The notes under the pieces: generated by a model | Told to the model about the DNA's origin: nothing | The model's input: the letters and a program-made list of their open reading frames with translations, nothing else | Database searches by the model: none | Source of the DNA: an uncultured delta proteobacterium | Lineage (GTDB): Bacteria; Myxococcota; Myxococcia; Myxococcales; Myxococcaceae | Direction of reading: 5' to 3' | Assembly: GCA_963776345.1 (NCBI GenBank) | Contig: CAVZMH010000016.1 | Location: 837,093-901,092, forward strand | DNA: 64,000 nucleotides | Shown here: in pieces, positions 8,388-18,054 of the stretch | Position numbering within the stretch: position 1 is the first letter of the stretch | Layout of the letters: the number at the start of each line of letters is the position of its first letter | Made by a program: the position numbers and the translations under genes

Positions 8388-11228
8388 CTAGCTGGCGCCG
8401 AACGTCCCGAAGTTCTGGATGGTCAGGAGGAAGATCAGGTCCGGGAATCGCCAGTTGAAGGTGCTCCGGACGTTGGAGGCGGGGTTCTGCGGGTCGGTGA
8501 CGTACTGGCCGAACGGGGGCGGCAGCCGGCCGATGACGTCCAGGCGCCAGCAGTTGCAGGCCGGGGCGAAGGAGATACCGAAGTTCTGCTGGCCGAGCAG
8601 GCTGTAGCGGCCGGTCACCGGCGCGGGCTCGACGGTCTGCGCGACCCCCACGCTGCGCGCGACCACCGGCACCGCGATGGGGGGGCTGGGGACCAGGGCG
8701 CCGTCCGGGTTGCGGAGCGTCCAGGTGGCGCCCGGGTACAGCGTTCCGGAGTAGGTGAGGCCGAGTCCCCAGACGAGGTTCACCCGCGCGTCGAGGGTGA
8801 TCGCGCTCTGCCTCTGACCGTCGCGGAAGCCGACCGGCACCGGGGAGCCGACCAGCGCGTCGAGGCCCTGGCGCAGGTTCCCTGCCCCGCCATAGCGCGC
8901 CAGGTCCTCGGCGGTGATGGCCGCGGCGGGGAGGTTGCGGGCGAAGGCCCCGTACACGTCGCGGTCGAAGGCCTGCGCCGGCACGAAGAGCTGGTCGAAG
9001 CGCACCGTGGCGCCGAACCGCGGCGTCTGCACCGAGGCGAAGGCGGCCCAGAGCGCAGGGGCGCTGCGTTGGTTGTCGTACCGGAAGGTGAGCCCGGTGC
9101 TGAACGGGGCGTAGGCCGCCCGGACGCTGACCACCGTGTCCCCGAGGCCGTTGTCCTGGTGGAAGTCGAACTCCTGGGCGAGCTCGAGCCGGAGCAGCTC
9201 CTGCATCACCGCGCCCGTGCGGCGGCTCAGCGTCTGGGTGAGGCGCGCCAGGCCCTGCCGGAGCGGCGCCTGGAAGAGCGCCCCGTCGATCTCGTCGTAG
9301 AAGCGGTTCTCCACCGGCTGGTTCGGTCCGGTGGGGCGATTGCCGGGGACCGCGCCCCACTGGCCGGGGATCTCCCGGTACTCGAGGCTGGGCTGGATGG
9401 CGTGCCGCAGCCCGTTGCCAAACGTCCGTGAGACCTCGCTCGAGACCAGGATGTCGCCGACGGCGTAGCCGCGCTGGTCCGTGTCCCGGGTGACCTCGCC
9501 GAGGTAGAGGTCCTGGCGGATCCAGACGCTGGGCCGGATGTGGAGCCAGTCCCCGAGGGCGAAGCTCCCCGAGAGGCGGGGGACGAGGTCGAGCCGGAGT
9601 CGCGCCTCGCGCTCGCCCTGCTGCCAGACGCGGTCACCCTGCGTGAGGTCGTCCTGGTAGGGGCACCATCCGCCCGCGACGCACCCCGGGACCTGCGTGG
9701 ACACGAGCGGCGGCGAGGCCGGGCCGCCGTTGATCTTGTAGAGGCCGTCGATCCCCTCGTCCCCGGTGTGCCCGTTGAAGGGGGCCAGACGGGTGAAGTC
9801 GGCGGCGAGGCTCCAGCTGAGGTGCTCCCCGAGCGGACGCGACGGCAGGTCCAGGTGGACCGTCGGCAGCTGCTGCAGGGTGGCCGGCCCGCGGAGCCAC
9901 TGCCCGCGCGTGGCCAGGTTGCCTGACTGATCCTGGTGCGGATCGAGCGCCGCGACCCCCGGGGGCGCCTGGACCGCGGTGGAGAGCGCGGTCGGCCAGC
10001 GGTCCCCGTCGAAGGCCGAGAAGCCACCCCAGGCGATGTCCTGGCGCGCGGTGGCGACGAACGAGAGGATGCTGTCCGGGGTGCGGCGGCTCAGCACCGC
10101 GGAGGTGCGCAGGTACTGGTTGGCCTGCTGGGCGACGTCGGTGGTGGTGTCCTTCACCAGCGCGGCGTCCGAGACCAGGTTGAGGTCGAGCCGCGCCGAC
10201 CAGCCCGCGCCGAAGCTCTGCAGCACCCCTCCGTTGACGCTTCCCCGGAACCCGCGGGCCTCGTCGGTCACCCTGGACGCGCCCGCCCCGTCGAGCGACT
10301 GGGGGAAGTAGGCCAGCGACCTCGGGTCGCGCAGGGCCAGGCGGTCGTCGAGGAGGAAGAGCTCGAGGTCGCCCTTGGTGTCGCGGGAGTGCGCCCAGCG
10401 AACCTCGGTGTCGAGGCTCGGCCCCTTCACCCCGAGCGTGCCGACGTTCGGCGCCGGCTGCGTCGACGCGCCCCAGGTGTACCCGGGGGTCACCGTCAGG
10501 TCCCAGTTCGGTGCGAGCGCGAAGTACACCGGCTGGGTCACCTGCCAGCCGTTCTGGGCGCTGTGCGCCGGCGTGGTCACCAGGAGCCCCGTCTTCTGCG
10601 GCTTGAGCGGCACGTCCAGGACCGGGAGGGGGAGGATGGGCACGCCGTACACGTAGACGACCGGGAAGAAGAGCCAGGCCCGCTCGCCCGGGTACACGTC
10701 CGCCGCGGTGGCCTTGATGCTCCAGTGCGCGTCGAGCGGGTTGCAGTCGCAGGGGGTGAAGTCGAGCCCGTTGACCTTGAGGTGCCCGCGGTCCACCCGC
10801 TCCACCCGCTCGGCCCGGGCGGCGAGCGTGGTGCGGCCGGTGGCGATCAGCTGCTCGGGCGTGGAGGTCGAGAGCAGCGCCTCGGGCGTGACGTCCGCCT
10901 TCTCGAAGAAGCGTCCGTTCTCCAGCTTCAGCCAGTTGGCGTCGAGGTCGAGCGTGAGGCCGTCCGCCACTGCGCCCGAGAGCCCGTTGACGGAGTAGCA
11001 ATGCCCGGTGGCGGTGACCACCCGCGTCCGCTGGTCGTAGTCGATGCGGTCGGCCTGGATGCGCGCGGTGTCGGTGCGCAGCTCGGCCTTGCCCTTCAGG
11101 TGCAGGACCTCGCCGTGGCCGTCCGAGGTGCCCTCCTCCGCCTGGTAGCGCACCGGCTCGCCCTCCGCCGGGAGCGGCGTGGTCGAAGCCTGGGCCAGCA
11201 GGACGAGAACGAGGCCGAGCGGAGTCAT
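8388..11228 (-). CDS. lptD: LPS-assembly outer-membrane protein LptD
   Basis: Signal peptide, OstA-like N-terminus (IQADRIDYD), FTPCDC...WSIKA, PILPLP, and a long beta-barrel-like C-terminus. Confidence 0.75.
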   Translation of the reverse strand: MTPLGLVLVLLAQASTTPLPAEGEPVRYQAEEGTSDGHGEVLHLKGKAELRTDTARIQADRIDYDQRTRVVTATGHCYSVNGLSGAVADGLTLDLDANWLKLENGRFFEKADVTPEALLSTSTPEQLIATGRTTLAARAERVERVDRGHLKVNGLDFTPCDCNPLDAHWSIKATAADVYPGERAWLFFPVVYVYGVPILPLPVLDVPLKPQKTGLLVTTPAHSAQNGWQVTQPVYFALAPNWDLTVTPGYTWGASTQPAPNVGTLGVKGPSLDTEVRWAHSRDTKGDLELFLLDDRLALRDPRSLAYFPQSLDGAGASRVTDEARGFRGSVNGGVLQSFGAGWSARLDLNLVSDAALVKDTTTDVAQQANQYLRTSAVLSRRTPDSILSFVATARQDIAWGGFSAFDGDRWPTALSTAVQAPPGVAALDPHQDQSGNLATRGQWLRGPATLQQLPTVHLDLPSRPLGEHLSWSLAADFTRLAPFNGHTGDEGIDGLYKINGGPASPPLVSTQVPGCVAGGWCPYQDDLTQGDRVWQQGEREARLRLDLVPRLSGSFALGDWLHIRPSVWIRQDLYLGEVTRDTDQRGYAVGDILVSSEVSRTFGNGLRHAIQPSLEYREIPGQWGAVPGNRPTGPNQPVENRFYDEIDGALFQAPLRQGLARLTQTLSRRTGAVMQELLRLELAQEFDFHQDNGLGDTVVSVRAAYAPFSTGLTFRYDNQRSAPALWAAFASVQTPRFGATVRFDQLFVPAQAFDRDVYGAFARNLPAAAITAEDLARYGGAGNLRQGLDALVGSPVPVGFRDGQRQSAITLDARVNLVWGLGLTYSGTLYPGATWTLRNPDGALVPSPPIAVPVVARSVGVAQTVEPAPVTGRYSLLGQQNFGISFAPACNCWRLDVIGRLPPPFGQYVTDPQNPASNVRSTFNWRFPDLIFLLTIQNFGTFGAS

Positions 11229-11255
11229 CGCGGGGCTGGAGCCGCCCCGACCGGC

Positions 11256-12947
11256 TCAGGGCGCGAACTGCAACGAGACCTCGTTGCCGTCCTGCCGGGC
11301 TTGATACTCCACTTTGTCCCGCAAGGTGACCGCCACCCGCACGCTCTTGCCACCGGCTGGCCGGGGGGCGATCTGCACCACCGGGCCCCCGAAGAACCGC
11401 GTGTCGAGCGGCCGGCGGTCGTTGCTCCGCTGGAGGGTGGTGTTCTCCAGCTCCAGCACCACCGTGCGGTCGTCGGCCTGCGAGACGGTGTAGCGCACCG
11501 GCTCGTTGGTCCGGACGAAGACCCGCGACTTGTCCGGGGAGAAGCCCACCAAGGTCACCGTCTTCCGGCGGCCGCTGACCTCGACGCCGCCACCGGAGGG
11601 CGGCGCCGCGGGCTCCGGAGCACGCGCCTCGGTGACCTGCCGCGCCGCGGGAGGCGAAGGCTCGGCCGCCGCCACCACCTGCGCACGGCTGGCCTCCGCC
11701 TGCGCCCGGCGCTGCGCCTCGGCCCGCGCCGTCTCCTCCTGCGCCTTCCGCTGCGCCTCGGCCCGCGCCGTCTCCTCCTGCGCCTTCCGCTGCGCCTCCG
11801 CCCGCGCCGTCTCCTCCTGCGCCTTCCGCTGCGCCTCCGCCCGCGCCGCGTCCTCCTGCGCCCGGCGCTGCGCCTCGGCCCGCGCCGCGTCCTCCTGCGC
11901 CCGGCGCTGCGCCTCGGCCCGCGCGGCGTCCTCCTGCGCCTTCTTCCTCTCGGCGGCCGTGCTCGCCGCGGCGACCCGGGCGGCGTCCTCCTGTGCCTGC
12001 CGCTGCGCCTCCGCACGCGCCGCCGCCGCACGGGCGGCCTCCTCCTGCGCCTTTCGTTCAGCCTCGGCCCGGGCCGCGGCGGCCCGGGCCGCGTCCTCCT
12101 GGGCCTTTCGCTGCGTCGCCGCCGCCAGCGCCGCTGCCTCCTGCGCCTTCCGGTCCGCCGCGGCGCGCGCCTCGACCTCCGCCCGGGCCTTGTCCTGGGC
12201 GATGCGCTCCTGCTCGGCGCGGGCCCGCGCCTGCTGCTCCGCCTCTTCCTTCGCCTTCCGCTGGGCCTCGGCCTCGGCGATGGCCTGGCGCTGGCGGGCC
12301 AGCTCGGCCTGACGCTGCTGCTCGGCCAGCGCCGTCGCCTTGGCCTCGTCCTGTGCCTTCCGGTCCGCCTCCGCCTTGGCCGCGTTGGCCCTGGCCAGCG
12401 CGTCGCGCGCGGCCTGTTGGTCGGGCTTGGCCTGGGATGCGGTGGCCGCCGCCGCCAGCGAGCGCCCCTGCTCCATCGCGCTCCGGTCCGCGGCGCTGGC
12501 GCTCGGCGTCGCTGCGGGCGCTGCGGGCGCGGCCCGCGAGGCCACGGCTGGCGCCGATCCCGCGCCCACCTTCACCACCAGGGTGTTGCCGCTGGCCTGC
12601 ACGTCCGGCTCGACGTCGCGGTCGAAGCCGATGACCACGCGGGCGATGGCGCTCGCGTCGTCGCCGTAGCTCGCGGTCTTGATCGCAGTGATGCGGCCGC
12701 TGCCGGAGACCGGGATGTCCTCCGGGACGCCGGAGAAGACCGCCTCGCTGATGTCGATGACGAACCGGGGCGGGTCGCTCATCGGAAAGGTGGTGAAGCT
12801 CGGCTTCTGCGTGCCGACGATCTCCACCGTGCCGGCCTTCACCGAGACCTTCTTGATGGTGTTGAGGCGGGCCTTGTCGTCGGCCGCGCCCGCCGTGGCC
12901 GCGACGAGGACGACCAGGGCCAGCACTCGCAGCGCGCGGTTCCTCAC
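11256..12947 (-). CDS. Exported AMIN-domain protein with TolA-like Ala/Glu/Arg-rich coiled linker
   Basis: N-terminal AMIN (DPPRFVIDI, ARVVI), C-terminal AMIN-like (LDTRFFGGPV), and a repetitive helical linker. Confidence 0.8.
   Translation of the reverse strand: MRNRALRVLALVVLVAATAGAADDKARLNTIKKVSVKAGTVEIVGTQKPSFTTFPMSDPPRFVIDISEAVFSGVPEDIPVSGSGRITAIKTASYGDDASAIARVVIGFDRDVEPDVQASGNTLVVKVGAGSAPAVASRAAPAAPAATPSASAADRSAMEQGRSLAAAATASQAKPDQQAARDALARANAAKAEADRKAQDEAKATALAEQQRQAELARQRQAIAEAEAQRKAKEEAEQQARARAEQERIAQDKARAEVEARAAADRKAQEAAALAAATQRKAQEDAARAAAARAEAERKAQEEAARAAAARAEAQRQAQEDAARVAAASTAAERKKAQEDAARAEAQRRAQEDAARAEAQRRAQEDAARAEAQRKAQEETARAEAQRKAQEETARAEAQRKAQEETARAEAQRRAQAEASRAQVVAAAEPSPPAARQVTEARAPEPAAPPSGGGVEVSGRRKTVTLVGFSPDKSRVFVRTNEPVRYTVSQADDRTVVLELENTTLQRSNDRRPLDTRFFGGPVVQIAPRPAGGKSVRVAVTLRDKVEYQARQDGNEVSLQFAP
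11706..11939 (-). repeat. Intragenic 39-bp tandem repeat, 6 copies (13-aa unit AQE[D/E][A/T]ARAEAQR[R/K])
   Basis: Six consecutive units visible in both protein and DNA. Confidence 0.9.
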
Positions 12948-13018
12948 AGGGGGTCGATGCTACAAGGGGCCATTGGCCTGGTCCAAGAAACCCCAGGGAG
13001 AACGCACACCTGCGCCTA

Positions 13019-14284
13019 CTACTGGAGCCGGGGCAGCGAGGGCCCGCGCGTCCGATGCGTCCGCGCGTACTCCACGAGGTTCTTGATGTCGTAGCAGATC
13101 TGCCGGATGTCGTGCCCCATCGTCAGCTCGATGTGGCTGTTGCCCTTCACCGGCCGCCACAGGAGGTACTCGCTCCGCGCGGCGCGGTACACGCTCCTCG
13201 TGGACTCGACCGAGGCGAGCGGATCGAGGTCCCCGAAGATGATGGCCATCGGGACCGAGATGTTGGTGAACCCCTGTCTGTAATCGTACCCGGTCCGATA
13301 ACAGACGAGCTCGCCCCGGCGGATCCACCGCGCGAACTGCTCCAGCACCTTGCGCGGCTCGCGCTCGCCACCTTCCCGGAGCAGCCAGCGGATGTCCGCC
13401 CCGCTCACCCGGCTGGGGTTGGAGAGCCAGTTCACCCGCCGCGCCAGCGCGTCGTAGAGCGGATGCACCTCGGCCCGGGCGATGAGCTTCTCCAGCGCCT
13501 TGAGCCACCGGTCCACCGGGACGTAGTTGAAGGTCAGCGGAGCGTCGGGCCAGGCGTGCTCGGTTTCGTCGCCCGCCGGGAGCCGCGCGAGCTCGGCCGC
13601 CCGCATGGCGAAGAGCCGGCTCAGCGCGGCGAGGCGGCGCTGGACGTTGAACGCGGCCACCCCCGCGTCGATGAGCGCGCCGGCGAGGGGGCTGGTGAGC
13701 GCGAAGAGCCGGAGCAGAAGGAACCCCCGCCCGAGGTCAGCCGGAGCCCCGATGGTGACCAGCCCCTCCAGGTCGTCGTGCAGCCCGGCGTACCCGTAGC
13801 CGAGCATCCCGCCCATGGAGTGTCCGCAGTAGAAGAGTCGCTGCCGCCCCGTCCTCTCCTTCACCGCCGCCACCGCCGCCGGCAGGTCGTGGAGGAGGTA
13901 GCTGTCCAGGTCCCAGCCGAAGTCGACGTCCGCCGGGACAGGACATCCGGTCCGCTCGGAGCGCTCGTGCTGCAGCCGCTGGCTGCTCTTGCCGTGACCG
14001 CGCAGCTCGACGATGTGGATGTCGAGCCCGAAGTAGAGGAGGTTCTTGACGAACTCGCCGCTGGTCCAGGTGTGGCGGTTCTGCGCGAAGCCGTGCACCA
14101 GGAGGAGCGGCTCCCCCAGGAGCGGCTGCGGGAAGGGCTGTGGCGCCGGCTCGTAGCGGGTGACCACCAGCGTCCACCCGTCGGACGTCTCCACCTCGTA
14201 GTCGGATTTCCGGTACAGGTCCCGGAAGGCGACCTCGTCGACCGTGGGCGGCACGACGGGCACGTGCGTTCGGGGGAGACGCAT
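13019..14284 (-). CDS. Alpha/beta-fold hydrolase
   Basis: LLVHGF, ELRGHGKS, GHSMGG nucleophile elbow, C-terminal SHIELTMG. Confidence 0.85.
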   Translation of the reverse strand: MRLPRTHVPVVPPTVDEVAFRDLYRKSDYEVETSDGWTLVVTRYEPAPQPFPQPLLGEPLLLVHGFAQNRHTWTSGEFVKNLLYFGLDIHIVELRGHGKSSQRLQHERSERTGCPVPADVDFGWDLDSYLLHDLPAAVAAVKERTGRQRLFYCGHSMGGMLGYGYAGLHDDLEGLVTIGAPADLGRGFLLLRLFALTSPLAGALIDAGVAAFNVQRRLAALSRLFAMRAAELARLPAGDETEHAWPDAPLTFNYVPVDRWLKALEKLIARAEVHPLYDALARRVNWLSNPSRVSGADIRWLLREGGEREPRKVLEQFARWIRRGELVCYRTGYDYRQGFTNISVPMAIIFGDLDPLASVESTRSVYRAARSEYLLWRPVKGNSHIELTMGHDIRQICYDIKNLVEYARTHRTRGPSLPRLQ

Positions 14285-14290
14285 CCTCCG

Positions 14291-14306
14291 TTGACTTTAG
14301 AGTCGG
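14291..14306. promoter_or_regulatory. Second copy of the putative TetR operator (TGACT-N4-AGTCG)
   Basis: ttgactttagagtcgg immediately upstream of the hydrolase RBS. Confidence 0.45.
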
Positions 14307-14347
14307 TGCCGCGCCGCGCCAAGCACGATGCGTGGCCCCTCCTGGCC

Positions 14348-15625
14348 TCACCGGGCGGCGGGGTGCTCCAGATGCGCCTTCACCGCCCCCACGAGATACA
14401 GCGAGCCTGCAACCAGCACCCACCCGTCCGGCCCGGCCCGCCTCCGGGCCGTCGCCAGGCCCTCCTCGGGCGAGGGGGCGACGTCCACCGCCAGGCAGAG
14501 GGTCCGGGCCAGCGCGAGGTAGCTCGACGGGTCCAGGCTGCGCGGCGTCGGCACCCAGGTGAGGACGGCCGAGGCGCACCGGGGGAGCAACGTCCGCAGC
14601 ATCGGCTCCACCCGCTTGTCCGACACCACGCCGAAGACCAGGTGGACCGGCCGGCCGGCGTACGGCGGCGTGTCGAGCGCGGCCCGGAGCGCCGCCGCAC
14701 CGTCCTCGTTGTGCGCGCCGTCGAGCAGGATGGGCGGGGCCCCGGCAACCTGCTCGAGCCGCCCTGGCCAGCGCGTCCGCTGCAGGCCGGTCCGGATCGC
14801 CTCCGGGCTCAGGGGGAGGCCCTGTCCCTCGAGCAGATGCGCGCAGCGGATCGCCACCGCGGCGTTGTGGTGCTGGTGCTCGCCGTGCAACCCGAGCGCC
14901 AGCCCGTCGAGCACCAGCCCGGGCCCGCGGTACCGCCCGAGGCCGTCGAGCGAGAAGTCCCGGCCCTCGACCCACAGGGGCGCGCCCACCGCCGCCGCGG
15001 CGGCCTCCACCACGGCCAGCACCTCGGGCCGCTGCTCCCCGACGACCGCCGGCACGCCGCGGCGGAAGATGGCGGCCTTCTCCCGGGCGATGGCCTCCAC
15101 CGTCTCGCCCAGGAGCTCCAGGTGGTCCAGCCCCACCCGGGTGAGCGCGGTGAGCCGCGGGCGCGAGGCGGTGGTCGCGTCGAGCCGGCCTCCGAGCCCC
15201 ACCTCGAGCACCGCGACGTCCACCTCCTCCCGGGCGAAGTGCTCCAGCGCCGCCAGGGTCCCGAGCTCGAAGTACGTCGCGCCGGCCGCGGCGGGCGAGC
15301 GACGGAGCACCTCGACGATGCGCGCGCCCAGCGTGGCGTCGTCGACGGGCACGCCCCCCACCTGGATGCGCTCGTTCACCCGGACCAGGTGCGGCGAGGT
15401 GTAGAGCCCCACCCGGTGGCCGCCGGCCCGGAGGATGGAGTCCAGGAAGGCGCAGGTGCTGCCCTTCCCGTTGGTCCCCCCCACCTGCACCGTGCGCAGC
15501 CGCAGCTCCGGGTGGCCCAGCTCCTCCAGCGCCTCGTGCATCCGCTCGAGGCCCAGCACCACCGTCGACGGGGAGCGCGAGGCGAGGAAGGCGAGCCCCT
15601 CGTCGGGCGTCCGGGGGAGGTCCAT
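14348..15625 (-). CDS. folC: Bifunctional folylpolyglutamate synthase/dihydrofolate synthase
   Basis: GGTNGKGST, YTSPHL, EVGLGGRLDAT, WPGRLE, LDGAHN, GSLYLVG; start ATG overlaps the accD stop. Confidence 0.95.
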   Translation of the reverse strand: MDLPRTPDEGLAFLASRSPSTVVLGLERMHEALEELGHPELRLRTVQVGGTNGKGSTCAFLDSILRAGGHRVGLYTSPHLVRVNERIQVGGVPVDDATLGARIVEVLRRSPAAAGATYFELGTLAALEHFAREEVDVAVLEVGLGGRLDATTASRPRLTALTRVGLDHLELLGETVEAIAREKAAIFRRGVPAVVGEQRPEVLAVVEAAAAAVGAPLWVEGRDFSLDGLGRYRGPGLVLDGLALGLHGEHQHHNAAVAIRCAHLLEGQGLPLSPEAIRTGLQRTRWPGRLEQVAGAPPILLDGAHNEDGAAALRAALDTPPYAGRPVHLVFGVVSDKRVEPMLRTLLPRCASAVLTWVPTPRSLDPSSYLALARTLCLAVDVAPSPEEGLATARRRAGPDGWVLVAGSLYLVGAVKAHLEHPAAR

Positions 15626-16488
15626 CAGCCCATCAGGCCCAGGAGCGCTCCCAGCCGCGCGCGCAGGTCCTTGCGGTGGACGATGGCGTCCACCATCCCG
15701 TGCTCGAGCAGGAACTCCGAGCGCTGGAACCCCTCGGGGAGCTTCTGGCGGATGGTCTGCTCGATGACCCGCGGGCCGGCGAAGCCGATCAGCGCCTTGG
15801 GCTCGGCGAGGATGACGTCCCCCAGCCAGGCGAAGCTCGCCGCCACGCCGCCGGTGGTCGGGTGCAGCATCACCGAGATGTACGGCTTCCTGACCTCGCG
15901 GAACCGGGCGATGGCCGCGGAGGTCTTCGCCATCTGCATCAGGGAGAAGATGCCCTCCTGCATCCGGGCGCCGCCGGAGGCGCTGAACACCACCGCGGCG
16001 CAGCGGCGCTCGGTGGCGCGCTCGAAGAGCCGGGTCACCTTCTCGCCCACCACCGAGCCCATGGAGCCGCCCATGAACTCGAAGACGAACGCGCCCACCG
16101 ACACCGGGTGGCCCTCGAGGCGGCCCATCCCCCCCACGAAGGCGTCGTTCTCGTCCAGCGCCCGCCGGGTGGCCCGCAACCGGTCGCGGTACCTCTTCGA
16201 GTCGGTGAAGCCCAGCGGGTCGGTGGGCTCGAGCGCGCGGTCGGTCTCCTCGAACGTGCCCTCGTCGAGCAGCGCAGCGAGCCGGGCCCGGGCCGGCCAG
16301 GGCAGATGGTGGCCGCACAGCGGGCAGACGTTGAGGTTCTTCTCGATCTCCGCCCGGTAGATGATCTCGGCGCACTGCTCGCACTTGGCCCACAGCCCCT
16401 GCATGCGCGAGGGCTGCTGCCGGAGGCTGTCCACGTCCTCGGGCTTGACCGGGGCGATCCGCGGCTTCTTGCTGAACCAGGCGGCCAT
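15625..16488 (-). CDS. accD: Acetyl-CoA carboxylase carboxyltransferase beta subunit
   Basis: LWAKCEQC/CPLC zinc finger, FMGGSMG, SGGARMQEG, GFAGPRVIEQT. Confidence 0.97.
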   Translation of the reverse strand: MAAWFSKKPRIAPVKPEDVDSLRQQPSRMQGLWAKCEQCAEIIYRAEIEKNLNVCPLCGHHLPWPARARLAALLDEGTFEETDRALEPTDPLGFTDSKRYRDRLRATRRALDENDAFVGGMGRLEGHPVSVGAFVFEFMGGSMGSVVGEKVTRLFERATERRCAAVVFSASGGARMQEGIFSLMQMAKTSAAIARFREVRKPYISVMLHPTTGGVAASFAWLGDVILAEPKALIGFAGPRVIEQTIRQKLPEGFQRSEFLLEHGMVDAIVHRKDLRARLGALLGLMG

Positions 16489-16558
16489 CGGAAGGGGCAG
16501 GGCGTAACGGACGGCCCGGCCCGGCGTCAACCAGAGCACGCCGCCGCGGGCGCCGGGG

Positions 16559-17314
16559 CTAGAATTCGAAGCGCTGGCCGAGCTCCAGGACCTTCACCGG
16601 GAACCCCGCCAGCTGCCGCTTCAGCTCGGCCAGGAACGCCGGCTTGAGGTGGTACAGCAGCACGTCGGCGCCGTTCCGCTGGAACTTCCCCAGCTCGCCC
16701 CGGAGCGTCCGCGGGGTGAGGTGCCCGGAGAGGTCGGCCAGATCCTGGAGCTCGTCGGGGAAGCTGGTCTCGAGCAAGAGCGCCTTGAGATTGGGCGTCC
16801 CGTTCAGCACCTCCCAGAGTTCCCGGGTGGGCCCGGTGTCGCCGCTGATGGCCAGGGCGGTGCCGTCGCGCTCCACCACGAAGCCGCACGACTCGACGGG
16901 GTGGCTCACCAGGACCGAGCGCACGGTGTGCGGGCCGGCCTGGAACGTCTCGCCCGGGGTGAAGCTCCGCAGCCGGAACACCGGCTCCTCGGCCGAGGGA
17001 ATTCGGGTGAAGTCCGGCCACAGCGAGCCGTTGAACATGTTCTCCTGGAGCGTCCGGATGCAGGTGTGGCTCGCCCAGATGGTCACCGGGCTCTTCCGCC
17101 AGCCGACCACCAGGTCGGAGAGGAGCGGGAGGTCCTTCACGTGGTCGAAGTGGCTGTGGGTGAGGACGATGTGGTCCACGCTGGCCAGTGCCGGCAGCTC
17201 GAGCGTGGCGGTCAGCGCCCCGGCGTCCAGGGCCAGGGATCCGTCCACGAGGAAGCAGGTGCTCCGGCAGCCGGGGAGCTCGCCTCCATGGCAGCCGAGG
17301 ACCTCGAGCCTCAT
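16559..17314 (-). CDS. Class II (MBL-fold) 3',5'-cyclic-nucleotide phosphodiesterase
   Basis: VLGCHGG, LDAG, THSHFDHV, IWPDF-like LWPDF, HLTP and YHLKP. Confidence 0.85.
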   Translation of the reverse strand: MRLEVLGCHGGELPGCRSTCFLVDGSLALDAGALTATLELPALASVDHIVLTHSHFDHVKDLPLLSDLVVGWRKSPVTIWASHTCIRTLQENMFNGSLWPDFTRIPSAEEPVFRLRSFTPGETFQAGPHTVRSVLVSHPVESCGFVVERDGTALAISGDTGPTRELWEVLNGTPNLKALLLETSFPDELQDLADLSGHLTPRTLRGELGKFQRNGADVLLYHLKPAFLAELKRQLAGFPVKVLELGQRFEF

Positions 17315-17964
17315 GACTCTCCGAACTTCCAGCGGAGCGCGAGGAGCTGGAGGTAGTCCTGGAGCCGGGCGGGGTCGCGGACCAGGAGCCGGTCGCCGGT
17401 GCGCTCCACCAGCCCGCTCCGCTCCATGCGCGCCACCACGGCCCGGATGCCCGACTCGCCCACCCCGGTGAGCCGCGGCAGCTCGCGGAGGTTGAAGTCG
17501 ATCTCCACCCCCTCCTCCATGGGCCGGCCGTGGCTCTGGCAGGTGTGGAGGATCTGCTGCACGACGCGGCTTGCCGGGTCGGCGAGGAGGAGGTTCTCGA
17601 TCTGGGCGTCGGCCTCGTCGAGCCGCTCGGCGAGCTTCTTGATCATCCGCACCGCGATCTCGGAGTTGCCGCGGACCATCCCCTCGAAGGTCTTGGGGTC
17701 GATGACCAGCAGGCGCGCCGGCTCGTCCACCACCGCGGTGGCGTTGCGCGGCTTGTTGGAGATCAGCGCCATCTCGCCGAAGAACTCGCCGGCCCCCAGC
17801 GTGGCCAGGGTCTTCACCGTGTCACGGACGGTCTTGGTGATGACCACCCGGCCCGACTGGAGGACGAACATCTCCTTGCCGGTCTCGCCCTCGCGGAAGA
17901 GCACGGTTCCCTTGGGAAACTCCTTCCCGAACCGCTGGAAGAGCGTGTCCTCGGCAGTGGGCAT
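17311..17964 (-). CDS. Crp/Fnr family transcriptional regulator
   Basis: cNMP domain GEFFGEMALISNKPRNATA plus C-terminal HTH; start at 17964 or 17994. Confidence 0.9.
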   Translation of the reverse strand: MPTAEDTLFQRFGKEFPKGTVLFREGETGKEMFVLQSGRVVITKTVRDTVKTLATLGAGEFFGEMALISNKPRNATAVVDEPARLLVIDPKTFEGMVRGNSEIAVRMIKKLAERLDEADAQIENLLLADPASRVVQQILHTCQSHGRPMEEGVEIDFNLRELPRLTGVGESGIRAVVARMERSGLVERTGDRLLVRDPARLQDYLQLLALRWKFGES

Positions 17965-18054
17965 GTCGGCGAGATGCGTCGAGGGCGAAGTCAATCAACT
18001 GCCATCGGGAGGCGCAACTTCCTGGGGGGTGCACCTGGTCTGGATGAGGCCGCC

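Noticed and set aside
11706..11939. CRISPR-like periodic repeat
   Set aside because: In-frame coding tandem repeat with no unique spacers; no cas genes in the window
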